A DNA stretch of 63,994 nt, the filler included, from Bonamia ostreae (Eukaryota): NCBI GenBank assembly GCA_040357525.1. It is 14 parts of 14 records of this genome, joined end to end, with 100 filler letters (N's around TTAATTAATTAA, not from the genome) between each part and the next. Parts side by side here need not be neighbours in the genome. Positions count along the whole stretch, not along the records: positions 13,884 to 18,396 come from JBDODL010000298.1; positions 18,497 to 23,008 come from JBDODL010000299.1; positions 23,109 to 27,615 come from JBDODL010000300.1; 11 more parts are not named here. The stretch is one strand, 5' to 3'. Shown in pieces: positions 13,884 through 26,032 of the stretch. The notes under the pieces are model-generated. The model saw nothing but the letters and a program-made list of their open reading frames with translations, did not search any database and was not told the DNA's origin. Position numbers and translations under genes: made by a program. Each line of letters begins with the position of its first letter. The stretch's first letter is position 1.

Positions 13884-14075
13884 GGCTGTTTAAACTAATT
13901 GCGATTTTTTGTAATTTAAAAATGGTTGTTTAAAACAATTGCGATTTTTTGTAATTTAAAAATGTTTGTTTAAAGCAATTGCGGTTTTTTGTAATTTAAA
14001 AATTGTTGTTTAAAACAATTGCGATTTTTTGTAAATTTAAAAATGGTTGTTTAAAACAATTGCGATTTAAAAAAT
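13884..14075. repeat. About 40-bp tandem repeat
   Basis: About 5 copies of ggttgtttaaaacaattgcgattttttgtaatttaaaaat. Confidence 0.9.
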
Positions 14076-14199
14076 GGTCGTTTAAACTAATTCAAATTTT
14101 AAAAGAAAAATTTTTTTACAACATTTTAACAAAAACTTCAAATTTGATAAGAACAAAACTTTTACAAAACTTTTACAAACAAATATTTAAACGACCAAA

Positions 14200-14637
14200 G
14201 ACCAAGTTAACGCAATAAAAATCTCATCTTGCCATTTTAGGTCAATTGAAATCCAAAATTTTACAAAATTCGTTTTAATACAATTTGTTTTACAAAATTT
14301 AACGGATGACGGCATCCTTGGCCCCGTTAAAATCTTTTCGGTCGAGACAGAAGTCGATCACACTGATCGCCGCGCTGTCCATGAAGAACCTCAGTCCTGT
14401 AGACTGGAACGCCTCGATCACTTTCTCGTTCACTTCGTTCTTATTTTTGTTTTTTTTCTTCAAATATTTCTTCATTTTTTGCGCTTTCCGGCGATTTTCT
14501 TGTTCGACCATCTCTTTCGGTTTCACCCAAGTCACTTTGTTGGAGAAAGTGTGGTAGTAATAGATGCGGCCACTTTCTTTGTCGAGTGCACCCCGCCATC
14601 TGCCGAATTTTTCTGAAATATTAAAAGTAAAACTCAT
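14200..14637 (-). CDS. WW-domain protein, 3' truncated by the contig end
   Basis: WRGALDKESGRIYYYHTFSNKVTWVKP is a WW motif; followed by a GT-AG intron and a short exon. Confidence 0.75.
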
Positions 14638-15484
14638 TTCGAATTCTATTGAAGAGTTCTATAAGAGCTTTCACAATGACAACTTTTGAATATACTGAAA
14701 TCACTAAAACTAAGGTTTATAAAATTTTAGTAAGTAAAAATTGATTTTGAATAAAATTTCAGTAAAACAGATTTTCGCGTTATTTTCTGTAATTTTTTAG
14801 ATTTTTCATATATTTTTGTTTTTTGCTATTTTTAATTTTTGTGCGTATATTTTTAATTTTTGTGCGTATATTTTTAATTTTTGTGCGTATATTTTTGTTT
14901 TTGTGCGGATAATTTTTGTTTTTTTGTGATTTTTGATTGTTCTAATCAGATCGTTCATTAGTGATTCTGCTAATTAAAATTACAAATAATGAACCTCCAT
15001 AAAAACAACAAAAAGTTTCTTAAAATAACTCAAATGATATAATTAATGTTCATTTTGGCATTTTAAGATCAATGATCTCAAACAAACCTTCTGATTCCAT
15101 CCATTGACGGCCATTTTTGGAAATTTTAGAGAGAATTCGTCGTCTTTAAATATGAAAGTATCGAAAATAAAATTGGAGGCGAAATTTTGATAGTTGAAAT
15201 AAAAGACAAGTCGACGTAAATACAATAAGGTCGACTTATAAAACTCAGTGGAAGTGTCGATAAACAAATGAATTTTTTTATCGAAAAAGTTGAATGTCGA
15301 TCATCAGAAGTCTTGAGATTGTTAGTTGAAGAATATGTTTGAGGGGAAACTGGTTTTAATTTTGTAAAGATAAATTACTGTTCAGTTTTAAATACTGTTC
15401 AGTTTTGACAAAGCGAATAAATTACTTTTTTACATTTATATTGTGGCTCTTTTAAAAAGATTTTGTTATAAGAAAATAAGAAAG

Positions 15485-15799
15485 TCATTTATCTTCAACA
15501 CAATAGCAAGTTCCCCAGGTGTAAGTGAAGGGCTCTTTTGCAGTGAAAGGCAGTAAAGTGTTTCTAAGACGGGTGAAATTGAGGCATTTAGTAAATTTTT
15601 TGTCGGCGACCATTCCCGGATTTTTGAATTTTCGGTTGCAAAGATTTGTGCAACAGTTTCGGAGAATGGTGGAATTGCACATTGAATCGACTTTGTTTTG
15701 GATTAAGCAATTGTTGTAATCAGAGTCCCACAAAGGAAAGCCATTTCGACTCGAAGCAATGCAATTGAAGAAATGAGAGAGCACTAAAAGAAAAAGCAT
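15485..15799 (-). CDS. Small secreted Cys-rich protein with defensin-like Cys spacing
   Basis: Signal-like MLFLLVLSHFFNCIAS, then 8 Cys including CCTNLC (CxxxC) and GTCYC (CxC). An upstream ATG at 15865 is also possible. Confidence 0.65.
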   Translation of the reverse strand: MLFLLVLSHFFNCIASSRNGFPLWDSDYNNCLIQNKVDSMCNSTILRNCCTNLCNRKFKNPGMVADKKFTKCLNFTRLRNTLLPFTAKEPFTYTWGTCYCVEDK

Positions 15800-15963
15800 T
15801 TGATTCTCAACTGTGTCGTTGAGAAGAATATCGTCAAAACTAATGATAATTATTGTGGCGAGCATATTATACTATATCGATAAACACAAAAAATTTAGCT
15901 CAAAGCTATTTTTATAAACGACAATCGCGTATAGTTTCCTAAATTTTAAATAGGTTTTAAATA

Positions 15964-16328
15964 ATGGCCCAACGAATTACATACAGAAAAAGGCAACCGT
16001 ACAGGACCAAATCGAACAAGATAAAACCGTTTTCTAAGCCATTTTTAGAGTTCGCACGCCCGGAGGCAAACTCGTTGCGCATTACCACAAGAAGAAGGCG
16101 AGAGGACCCAAATGCGGCGATTGCGGGACGTCCATTCAAGGCATAAAATGTCTCCGTCCCAGACAATACCACAAATTAAAGAAGAAAGACAAGACTGTCT
16201 CGCGCGCGCACGGCGGCTCGAAGTGCCCGAAATGCGTTAGTCAGCGGATTTTAAGAGCGTTTCTCGTCTACGAACAGAAACAAACCAAACAAAACAAGTT
16301 GCCTAAACCGAAAGTTAATAAATCCTGA
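15964..16328 (+). CDS. RPL34: 60S ribosomal protein L34 (eL34), 20-nt intron at 16029-16048
   Basis: [31 protein letters not shown]...PKCGDCG...TVSRAHGGSKC...ILRAFL. Confidence 0.97.
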
Positions 16329-16413
16329 CTAGCTTGATTGCTTTTCCATTTTAGGACATCTCGCTCAAATATTAACAAATTTACTTTCGCTTTTTGGCAT
16401 AAAAAATTAGACA

Positions 16414-18303
16414 TCAAAATTTACTTTCGTCTGAAATAACGCAAACGTCGTCGTCTCGCTCTTTCGCTTTTTTGTTTTTATCTTCCACGCTTTCTTTTCC
16501 GTCCTTTTGGCTCTTTCGCTTGTTCCCGGACATTTGTGTTTTGGCTAACAATTTATGGCTTTCCAAAATAAAACAATGGTCAACTCGCGGAGTCACGTTT
16601 TTGCTGAGTTTGAACCGCTCGTCGTTCTCTTCTTCGCCAAGATCTTGTCTAAAATTTTGATACAAAAATTGCAAAAGTTCTAATATATCAGACGCGAAGC
16701 CCTAAACAGCTAAAAAATGGCTCGAACAATAACTGGTGAGAGACCATTATCTTGAGCGTAAACTTTTGCTTGTCGTCTGAAACCGTTAACATGCTGCCGT
16801 GGTTGATTTTGATCGCCTCGCGCGAAAGGGGGTTTTGGAAGTAATCGGCCATCCACTTCTCGTTGCCGTCCCAGTCGGAAATGTCTTCCGATATAAAGTT
16901 GGCGTGTGAGCCGTAAGTGACGTCCACAACGGGCTCGACCATCCCAAGTTTCTCTTTTAAAACGTCATCAAAGAGCTCTCTCAGCGTCAGCACCCGCGTG
17001 TTGCAGACCATGTTTATGCTCTGCTTGCTACAAACGATGCACTTCTTGCTGGGCGGGCTCAAAGCTTCGGGCTGGATTATCCTCGAGCCCGCGTAATTGA
17101 GCTGAATCCAGCTGCGCTGGCACTTTTTGAGGTTTTCTTTTTATTTTGTCAAAAAACGGGCAATCAGCACTTTCCAAGCTTCAATTGCCATGAGCCCGGC
17201 GCATATTGCGTTTGTAGTGGCTATCGCGTGCACGATGTTGCCAGCGATTCCTTTCGCCTTGAACCGGCTGATAGTGTCGATTCCGTAGTTAGCCATTCTC
17301 AGATTTGCAGCGAAATGCACAAAATCCATCGCTGTTCCGTCGTCTTTGTCAAAGCCGTGAAAGGCATTGCCGTCTTTTAAAATCTTTTCGACGACAGCTA
17401 GAAATCCGTTCGAAAGATTTTCCAGCAAATCTTTCTTTTTCAAAATTTTCGAAAATCCCTTTTCTTTTAACAATCCGTTTTCTTCCGAGAGTCCATTTTC
17501 TTTCAAAAATCCATTTTTGCTTTCGCTTATAAAATCGCTCAATTTTAGAGGAACCGGTTTCTTTCCGTTGCTATCAGCGAAATTTTCTTTTAACTTAATC
17601 GCTTCGAGCCGATCCAGAATGGTGCGCTCAAACAAAAATTCATACAATCGTCTCGCGTATTCTAGGCCGTTTTCGTCTTCGCGCTTCGCCATTTTCATGT
17701 CCGACATTTCGCTGTTTTCGATCTCGTCGGAAGCGAACAAGACACCGAACATCATTTTGGCCCACGCGATGCAATGGACCGGCTTTTCGGGCGTGTCTCT
17801 GATCGTGCAAACAGGGAACGTCTTCGGGGCCATCTTTTCCACGCACTCGTAGCATTCACTGAAACCCTTCTTTATCAGGTAGACTTGCCCGGAGTACCCT
17901 TGCGTGCCGCTCTCGATGAGCGGTTTCCCCAGCGCGACGCAGATCCGGTTGACGTGTCTTCTGGTCGGGAGGTTGTCGAGCGCGTTTATGATCAAGTCGA
18001 ATTTCTGGAAAAAGGGGGTACCGAAACGAGCGTCTTTTATGTTACCGTGATGAGCCGTTATTCGCGCGTCGCGGCAAAAGTTTTCTGAGCGCCTTTTCGC
18101 TACGATCGCTTTCGGCTGGCCGATGTTGCTTTGTCTAAACAGGAATTGTCGGTTTAGGTTGGAAAGTTCTATTGTGTCCAAGTCCACCTTTTGTTTGGAG
18201 AATTATTGCTAAAGAAACGATGTGGATGTCGACGAATCCAGTAACGACTAGATTTTTCAGTAGTTCGCAGCCTATTCCTCCGGAGCCGACAATCAAAATC
18301 TTC
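16414..18303 (-). CDS. UBA2: SUMO-activating enzyme subunit 2; 5' end unresolved or truncated
   Basis: [68 protein letters not shown] and a CxxC motif. Confidence 0.93.
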
Positions 18304-19293
18304 TTGTTTTAATGTTAAGACTTATTTTTTATATAAAATGTTTTATATTTTTTCATGTTGGGATCAAAAAAATAAAAGATTTTACTCAATCTTATCNNNN
18401 NNNNNNNNNNNNNNNNNNNNNNNNNNNNNNNNNNNNNNNNTTAATTAATTAANNNNNNNNNNNNNNNNNNNNNNNNNNNNNNNNNNNNNNNNNNNNGGAA
18501 CGTTGATGTTTTTTTTATTCAGAAGTAGAAAAGAGCAGCAAAAAAATAATTTGGATTTACAAATCGATCACCATTATCGCTATTTTCGAATGGACATAAT
18601 AAATCAACAAAATCATTATTTTCAACCTATACATTTTTTGGCTTTTTTTTGGATTTTTCGACAAAATAAAAATATTTTTATTTTAATAATGGTTTTAAAG
18701 AATGATTTCTTGTTTTGTAATTTTTGTTTTATAATTTTTTGGTTATTTAACTTGATTCCAATGATTTTTCTCGCAAGAGGTTCTAGTTGAGCACCCGGTA
18801 GTCATGCCATTCTCAAGACAACTTAAACTTATTCCAGAAGTTTATGTATTGAGCAGATTTCCTTTCCCCAAAAATGTTCTAAAAACCCGAGGAATATTAT
18901 AGAGGATCAATTCTCCTGGATACAAACGAAAAAAGTATAAATTCCAACTGGGTTCACTATTAAATCCAGATATTCCACCACCGATTATATTAAAGAAACA
19001 TTGTCAAAACAATTAAAAAAACATTAACTTCAAATCTAAATCTAGTGACAATGACGGTTTTAATGACATAGAGACAAAATAAGGAATAAACATTTAATGA
19101 CCTAGAATACAACAAGTGGTCAAACTCTTTCTGGTATTCTGACCCGTGCACGTTCCCAAGAAAGTACATAATACTTAATAAATACACTAAAGTGCTTCGG
19201 TTTAACTTACGACATATACAATACAATTTTATACTAATATCAATTGGCTTGTTTTACTGATTTATATTGAACCTTATAGTAACAAATTTCTGA

Positions 19294-22124
19294 ATGGATA
19301 CAGTAGAGAATACTCGCAGTATAACTACACCCCATTTCACAACTTATAGATTCAAAGGACTAAGATATTCTATTATGGTCAAGAAAAAAGAAAAGATTAT
19401 CTTAGACAATATTAACGGTTTTGTCGAAACTGGGCAAGTTCTAGCAATTCTTGGACCTTCTGGTTTTTGTAAATGTCTGATTGAGCTTTGAAATCTGATC
19501 TAAATTTTTCATTTTAACCTTAAATTTTATAAGAAGACATTTTAATTTAATTTTAAAATAAGGCGCTGGTAAATCAAGTTTTTTAACTATGCTTACTGGA
19601 CGGATCCCAAAAAATGCCAAAGCTGAAGGTGAAATTTTGGTGAACAATGTCCCAATCGAACACAATACCCTCAAAAACATATCAGGGTATGTTCTACAAG
19701 AAGGTTGCTCTATTTAAAATCAGATTTGCTATATGCAAACCAAACGGTCGAAGAAACAGTCCAATTTTCCTCTATCTTGAGGTGTCCCAAAGGGTACACA
19801 GATGAAGATTGTAAAGTAAAGGTTTATTGTTACATTTTTATCCAAAACAGTCAACAACTAGTTTTATTGTTACAGCAATGATTAAACAAAGAGTGATGAG
19901 GTAATTAGGCAGCTAGGTTTATCTAACGTCAGGCACACTAAAATCGGAAACGAGTTTCAAAGAGGTGTTTCGGGTGGTGAGAAGAAAAGAGTCAGTATTG
20001 GCGTGGAATGCGTTAGAAATCCGTCGATATTGTTTCTAGATGAGGTAAATCTTTGAAAAAATAAAGCCAACGACAGGTCTGGACAGCTCCATGGCCTACA
20101 ATGTTATCGAATCTTTAAGTGATTTGGCTAAGAAACATAACAAATTAGTGATTTTTACAATTCATCAGCCCCGTTCAAATATTTTCGAAGTTTATTTGAT
20201 GATATTCAATTTTCTTTAAAGTTATTTGATAAGATGATGCTAATCTCAAAAGGAAAAGTAGTATACTTTGGCGAAGCCAATCAAGCGGTGACTTATTTTG
20301 CAAATTTGGGTTTTCATACACCTCCAGGATTCAACTTTACCGATTATATACGTTTTTATTTGGTAATTTTGTAAAATTTTCAAAACAAATAATTAAGAAA
20401 CTTTGTAATTCATTGATAGTGGTGTAACAAAATTAATTATAAAGTCGATCAAACAGCTCCAGATTATAGGACTCCAGAAAGCGAAGTGAAATCTTTAAAG
20501 CGTTTTTATACATCAAAATCTTTATCACAACGATTTTCTAAATTTGCCGCGTGCAATTTTTATTTAAAAATGTTCATAATTTACAGTGCAAAAAATTTTT
20601 ATTGTAACAATACCACAAAAGAAATCAAATATATGCACAAAAAATGGGAAGAAAACAGACATAAAATTGAATTAGAGATATATTCTTCGGGAAGAGCTTC
20701 GACAGGCGAATTCGAATTAAAAAATTTATCTACAATGCGCTATCAAAAACGAAAAGACAATATTTGTGTGCAAGTACCCGTTCTACTAAAGCGCCAATTA
20801 ACTGAATATTTCAGAAACTATGTTCTCATTGCCGGGCAAATTTTTCAGCAAATAATCGCTGCTTTATTAATCGGTTTGTTTACAAAAAACATGTTCCATT
20901 ATAAAATAAATGTGTTTTATTTCATTTACCATTTTAATTACAAAGGGGGTGTCTTTTTCAATCTGAAGAGTGATTTTGTTTTTATTTTAATAAAAAGGCG
21001 GCTGTACAAAATATACAAGGCGTATTGTTTTATATGACATTGAATCAAACGGTCACACCGATGTTCGAAATGATATCGGTTTTCTTTGTGACAAAATTTG
21101 TTTATCTTCGTGAATACAACGCAGACTTCTATTCTTGCTTTTCGTACTATATATCTACGTATATTGTTAACTCAATGATGCAGCCAGTTTATTCGCTCGC
21201 GTTTTTATAGTTTGCAACTTTGTTACATTTTGTCTATTTTGCGCTAACACTTTCAAATGATTTTCTTTTATTATTTTTGTCTTCACTGTGATTGAAAATA
21301 GATACGCGGGAATAATTTATCTGATGGCTGGTCTTCGAAGAGGAGCAAGGCATTTTTGTTTTGTTTTTTGACAAAATAGTCATTCTATACGCCGCTCTTA
21401 TACTTTGTAAATACTGCTCGACTTCGTTCGCTTTTCTTATGAGTTGTGCTTTCTCAAAATATCAAGTTTCATCATTATTTTATCTTTATTAATATTTTTG
21501 TGTGAAGTATATATCAGTTAATTAAATTTTTTCTCTAAAAAGTACGCTCAAACGGTTACACCAGTAATGCTTTATTTATTCACTTTATTGGGAGGGCTTT
21601 ATATCAACCTTAACGCTATAGTACAGCCATTCAATTTTTTGCAATATTTGGATTTTCTTCGTTACGCCTACCAAGTGCTCTTAAACAATGAGTTTGAAGG
21701 AAGGTCATTTGCTTGTAGTTCGAGTGCGACAGCTACAGTTTGCCCCGTTCCAGGAGAAGCAATCATTGACAAGGTTGGACTAAGAATTGACAACTTTGTT
21801 GAGCCAATGTTGGCTATGGTTGCTATAATGATTGGTGTTGCAATACTTGGAGCCCTGGCACTTTGGCTACGGACGCCCAGATTTAAAAAACTTAACAAAA
21901 AAACACACTATTCTAACATAGATAACTCTATCAACGACGACGAAGATATGGACGTTGATATAGAAAATAACGGTGAGAATATTGAAGAAAATGAAACAGT
22001 TGACGTTGATATAAAAAATAACGGCGCAAATATTGAAGAAAATGGAACAGAGTTGAAGGATAAAGAAAAAATTGAAGTAAGGGAAGAAAATGAAGTTGGT
22101 ATAGAAAAAAACGGTGAAAATTAA
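19294..22124 (+). CDS. ABCG (White-family) half transporter, about 12 introns
   Basis: [39 protein letters not shown]-terminal TM domain with LLNNEF and CPVPGEAII. Confidence 0.93.
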
Positions 22125-22180
22125 ATCTTTATTTGCGTGAATTTATAATTTAATTTCGCTTAATTTATAAAATGTAAATG

Positions 22181-22921
22181 TCAATGAATTTTGTACTTGT
22201 ACTCGATCGGCAAATTTACAAGAACAACGAGAACAAATCCTGTTATTAGAATTGTTGAGTGCATTCCGAAAAAAATAACTTCTCCCATTTTATCACTGTC
22301 ATCAGATATAAATAGTAGCAATTGCAGCAGAATCCAAAGTGCTATAACAAACAAAAATATTGAGGGTGTCAAAATGGTCTCCAATAACAGTTTTTTCTTT
22401 TTAAATAAAAAGCATTTTTAACGAATAAACAATTTAATCTTCAATACAATAAAAACATCTGAACCGAATCTGTAGACACAAATAAGAAATAACAAGAAGA
22501 AAAAGGAAAAAATTAACACAGTCGTACAAGACTTGATAAGCACAAAATCAAGTTTAAGTCCTTCAAAATTTGTAACAGACAAACACAGATAAGAAAACAG
22601 CCAAGTCATCCTGTTTTCAGAACTCTTATCTGCAAAGTTAAGAATATCGATAATCAATTTTGATGTTTCCGCGAGAATCATCAAATCTAGTTTTATCGAG
22701 TTCAAATTCGTCTTTAAATAATTATTCGGTTTGAAATCAGAGAGAATATTTGTCATGCTGTAAAGACTGATATTTACAAAAAAATTTGTTATCTTATTGC
22801 GAATATTTATTCTTTTGTTTTCAGAGCACGTTTCGCCATTTTTTAATACCCAAATTGCTAAAGTGTATATGAAAAGAGCGAGATATGTTCCTATTATGTT
22901 GTCAGTCATCGACATTTTCAA
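22181..22921 (-). CDS. Hypothetical multi-pass membrane protein (two ORFs, probably joined by intron(s))
   Basis: Several hydrophobic segments in ORFs 22418-22921 and 22181-22384; no recognised family. Confidence 0.5.
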
Positions 22922-23108
22922 TTTATCTTTATCGTTTCGCGAATTTTCATTTTTTATATTTTTTATAGTGTTTTTTTTTGTTAATTTTGGAATATGTTGT
23001 GGTTTTGANNNNNNNNNNNNNNNNNNNNNNNNNNNNNNNNNNNNNNNNNNNNTTAATTAATTAANNNNNNNNNNNNNNNNNNNNNNNNNNNNNNNNNNNN
23101 NNNNNNNN

Positions 23109-23519
23109 GTAACAGCGGTGATATTCTTTGCCGCCATTAACGAATATGATCAGGCTCTGTTCGAAGAGAAGAGCCAAAACAGAATGGACGAATCCATCAA
23201 TCTGTTCGAAGACATCAGCAATAGCACCTGGTTCAGCGAATCCATCATTGTACTCTTCTTCAACAAGAAAGACCTCTTCGAGAAGAAAATCGGCTCTACT
23301 CCGATCACCACCTTCTTCAAAGACTACTGCGGAGACCCGAAATCAGTGAGTGAATCGATCAATCACATACGAAAAGTGTTCTTGAATAGTTCGCAGCATC
23401 CGGAGGAGATCTACACGCACGTGACGACCGCCACGGACAGCAAAAACATCGACGTGGTCTTCAACGCTGTCAAAGACACCATTCTCAAGACAAATTTGAA
23501 GCGAGGCGGATTCATATAA
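23109..23519 (+). CDS. Heterotrimeric G-protein alpha subunit, C-terminal fragment
   Basis: VTAVIFFAAINEYDQ, NRMDESINLF, IVLFFNKKDLF, YTHVTTATD, NLKRGGFI. Confidence 0.95.
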   Translation, partial: VTAVIFFAAINEYDQALFEEKSQNRMDESINLFEDISNSTWFSESIIVLFFNKKDLFEKKIGSTPITTFFKDYCGDPKSVSESINHIRKVFLNSSQHPEEIYTHVTTATDSKNIDVVFNAVKDTILKTNLKRGGFI

Positions 23520-23791
23520 TTTTAAAAATTTTGCACTTTTCCATTTTCGCTAAATTTAAACGCGCGCCATCAAAATCTTTTGAGCAGAAGAACTTTATCG
23601 TTTGAGTTTCGCCATAAAACAAAACTATAGCAGTTTTAATAAAGCGATTGCAATCTCCCTTTAACACACATTTCAAATGCGATGGCATTTGCACCATTAA
23701 AATTTAAATGTCGAGTACTTAAATTTAAAGTGTGATATTTATATTTTGTGACATGTAGAATATTTCCAATTTTGGCCATTTACACTGTTCG

Positions 23792-25003
23792 CTAGTTAAT
23801 CTGAATGGTCGGTTGTGGGTTGGCGTCGCCGGTTATCGTTACGAGCAGATTTGAGACTAATCGAACTTTCGACTGCTCGTCGAACACAAGCCCTTTCTTT
23901 TCCAAACTTTTCACTGCTTGGTCGGCTATAGAGCACGCGTTTTCAACTATCGTTTTCCGGGCGTCCACCTGAAATTCGTTTAGAGAAGTTATCAAAATGA
24001 ACCATCGCGAACGCTTGTTGTCGAACCAGCATCGCCTGCGCTATTTCTTTTGCGTAGGAGAGATCAGTCAGTTCAAAGTTGGAAACTCTGACTCCCGCTT
24101 TGAACACTCTGTCCTGCAAAGAACGCACCAGTTCAGATCTGATAGAGCTGGAATTTATTTTGAGCTCGTCGTAGGTACTCTTCGAGACTACAATTTTCAT
24201 CACTGCCAAAGCCTTTTTATTGGGATGATGTTGAAACATTGTCAAATAGTCTTCGTTATTAATAACCTGCGTCAAGACGTAGTTGTGAGGATCGTGCACA
24301 TTGAGCGCCGCGCTTCTTGAATTTACAATTTTGTAAGTGGTCACTCCGCTGATGACGAGTGGTGACCCAGTCGAATCTACAACTTTAACGTCCCCCAAAT
24401 CCACACTTTTGTTGTCTGTCCTAGTTCTAAGTATTGTTGTGCCGCATGGGTTGTTCAGATAGAGACCTTTAACGTTAATATCACAAAAATTCCAATATAT
24501 TCAATAATGATCGACAATTAAAATATATTCAACAATGATCGACAATTAAAATATATTCAACAATGATCGATAATTAAAATATATTCAACAATGATCGACA
24601 ATTAAATTAATTCAATGATGATCGATAATTAAAATATATTCAACAATGATCGACAATTAAATTAATTCAATAATGATCGACAAATAAAATATATTCAATA
24701 ATGACCTGGTTCTTTGATGGTGCCAAGATAATTCCCAAAATTCAGAACGACCAACTCTTCCCGTTCATTGACGACGTAGCACGAAGAAAGCCACATAAAC
24801 GGGCACACGGTAGACAGACAACAAGAAAGACACGACGGGCAACACCGCTTTCCCAACTCAATTTCCGATTCCCGCGTTTGCTTTAAACTTTTGCTGTTTT
24901 CCGCTTTTTCTTTCAAACCTTCTTCGTTCAAAGTTTTGTCCCCTTTTTTAACTGATCCCGTGTTTTCGATAATAGAAATTTCACTCTTTTTCTGACCAGA
25001 CAT
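23792..25003 (-). CDS. SPFH/band-7 (stomatin-like) protein with a Cys-rich N-terminal segment, 3 introns
   Basis: VVNEREELVVLNFGNYLGTIKEPGLY, ELTDLSYAKEIAQAMLVRQQA, LVSNLLVTI. Confidence 0.88.
24497..24696. repeat. Intronic tandem repeat in the SPFH gene
   Basis: About 7 copies of atattcaacaatgatcgacaattaaa. Confidence 0.92.
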
Positions 25004-25141
25004 TATATCAACAAATCTCTTTAATGTTTATTCCCGATTAGTTTTACTTGGATTTAGAATTTTTATGTTGCGAGGTTATTCGCGAGGTTAAATTAAATAG
25101 AGCAGACGAATATACGAAAAAATGCAATTTTTAAAATCAAT

Positions 25142-25975
25142 TTACTCAAATCTGGGCCGTTTTCTTAGTTTCTCCGAATCGGATAATTGCTCGATTTCCT
25201 TCGAAGCTACGCTATCCAAAAACGATTCTCTGCTTCGTGCTCTTTCAAAGACTACGTGGGCGTTTTCTAAAACCGAGGCTCTGGACGATTTGAGATCCAT
25301 TTTGAACAAACTGCAACTAAAAATTTCGATGAAGAAACAAGTTGATTAGATCGTAGGGCCCTCTCAGCAACATCGGGTCATCGGTTCCAGACGAGAGCAA
25401 CAGATTTCTATAACTTGACATCGCGCCGAGCAAGTCAAAATTTTGCATGAACGCCAAGCGCTTGCTTTCGTCTTCTATGAAGTCGGAATAACAGACTTCA
25501 AACATGATTCTCCTGCGATGAGCGATTTTCAGCGATTTCCTTTTCAACAAAAAGGGATTTTTTTCAGCGAAGTCGAGACAGATGATATCGAAAAATCCTT
25601 CTTCGCAGCAAGAGTGGAATATCTTTTCGTTGCGAGTCTTTATCGCCACCAAATCGATTTGGCTTTTCGGCAGATTCTGCTCGATTTTTCTGGCTGCGCT
25701 CAAATCGCTCATTTTCTCTATTTTGATCGTGATTCTTTTCAGCACTCTCATTTTTTCTGTCGAGTTGGCGATCTTGTCGAACCCGTCAAAGTTTAATTGA
25801 CTCATCGCCTCCTTCTGCTGTTGAAAAACTTGGATGTCCACTTCCTTGTCAAAAGCAATGACGGAATACCCCACTTTAATTTAGCGATTAAGCGGAAACG
25901 GTTTTTGGAGTGGCGCGCCATTTCGGCCGCTTTCCCGATTCTCCAAACAAGGTTAAAATCACAAAAACCAGCCAT
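25142..25975 (-). CDS. RPP30: RNase P/MRP subunit p30, 2 introns
   Basis: FCDFN...LGYSVIAF, DLVAI, DIICLDF, IMFEVCYS, LLLSSG...LRGPYDLINL. Confidence 0.9.
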
Positions 25976-26032
25976 AAACCTTAAATAAACTGTGGAACGA
26001 ACTATAAAGAACCTTTTAAAACTGTGCACTGT

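Noticed and set aside
18303-18396. Non-canonical acceptor at the UBA2 5' end
   Set aside because: The contig ends here, so the true upstream exon may simply be missing.
18497-19226. Possible gene upstream of ABCG
   Set aside because: I could not build a consistent spliced frame or recognise a motif on either strand.
24497-24696. Short repeat arrays (also 53970-54225 and 61560-62010) as CRISPR
   Set aside because: Head-to-tail units with no unique spacers, no cas genes, and a eukaryotic context that is intronic for most arrays.
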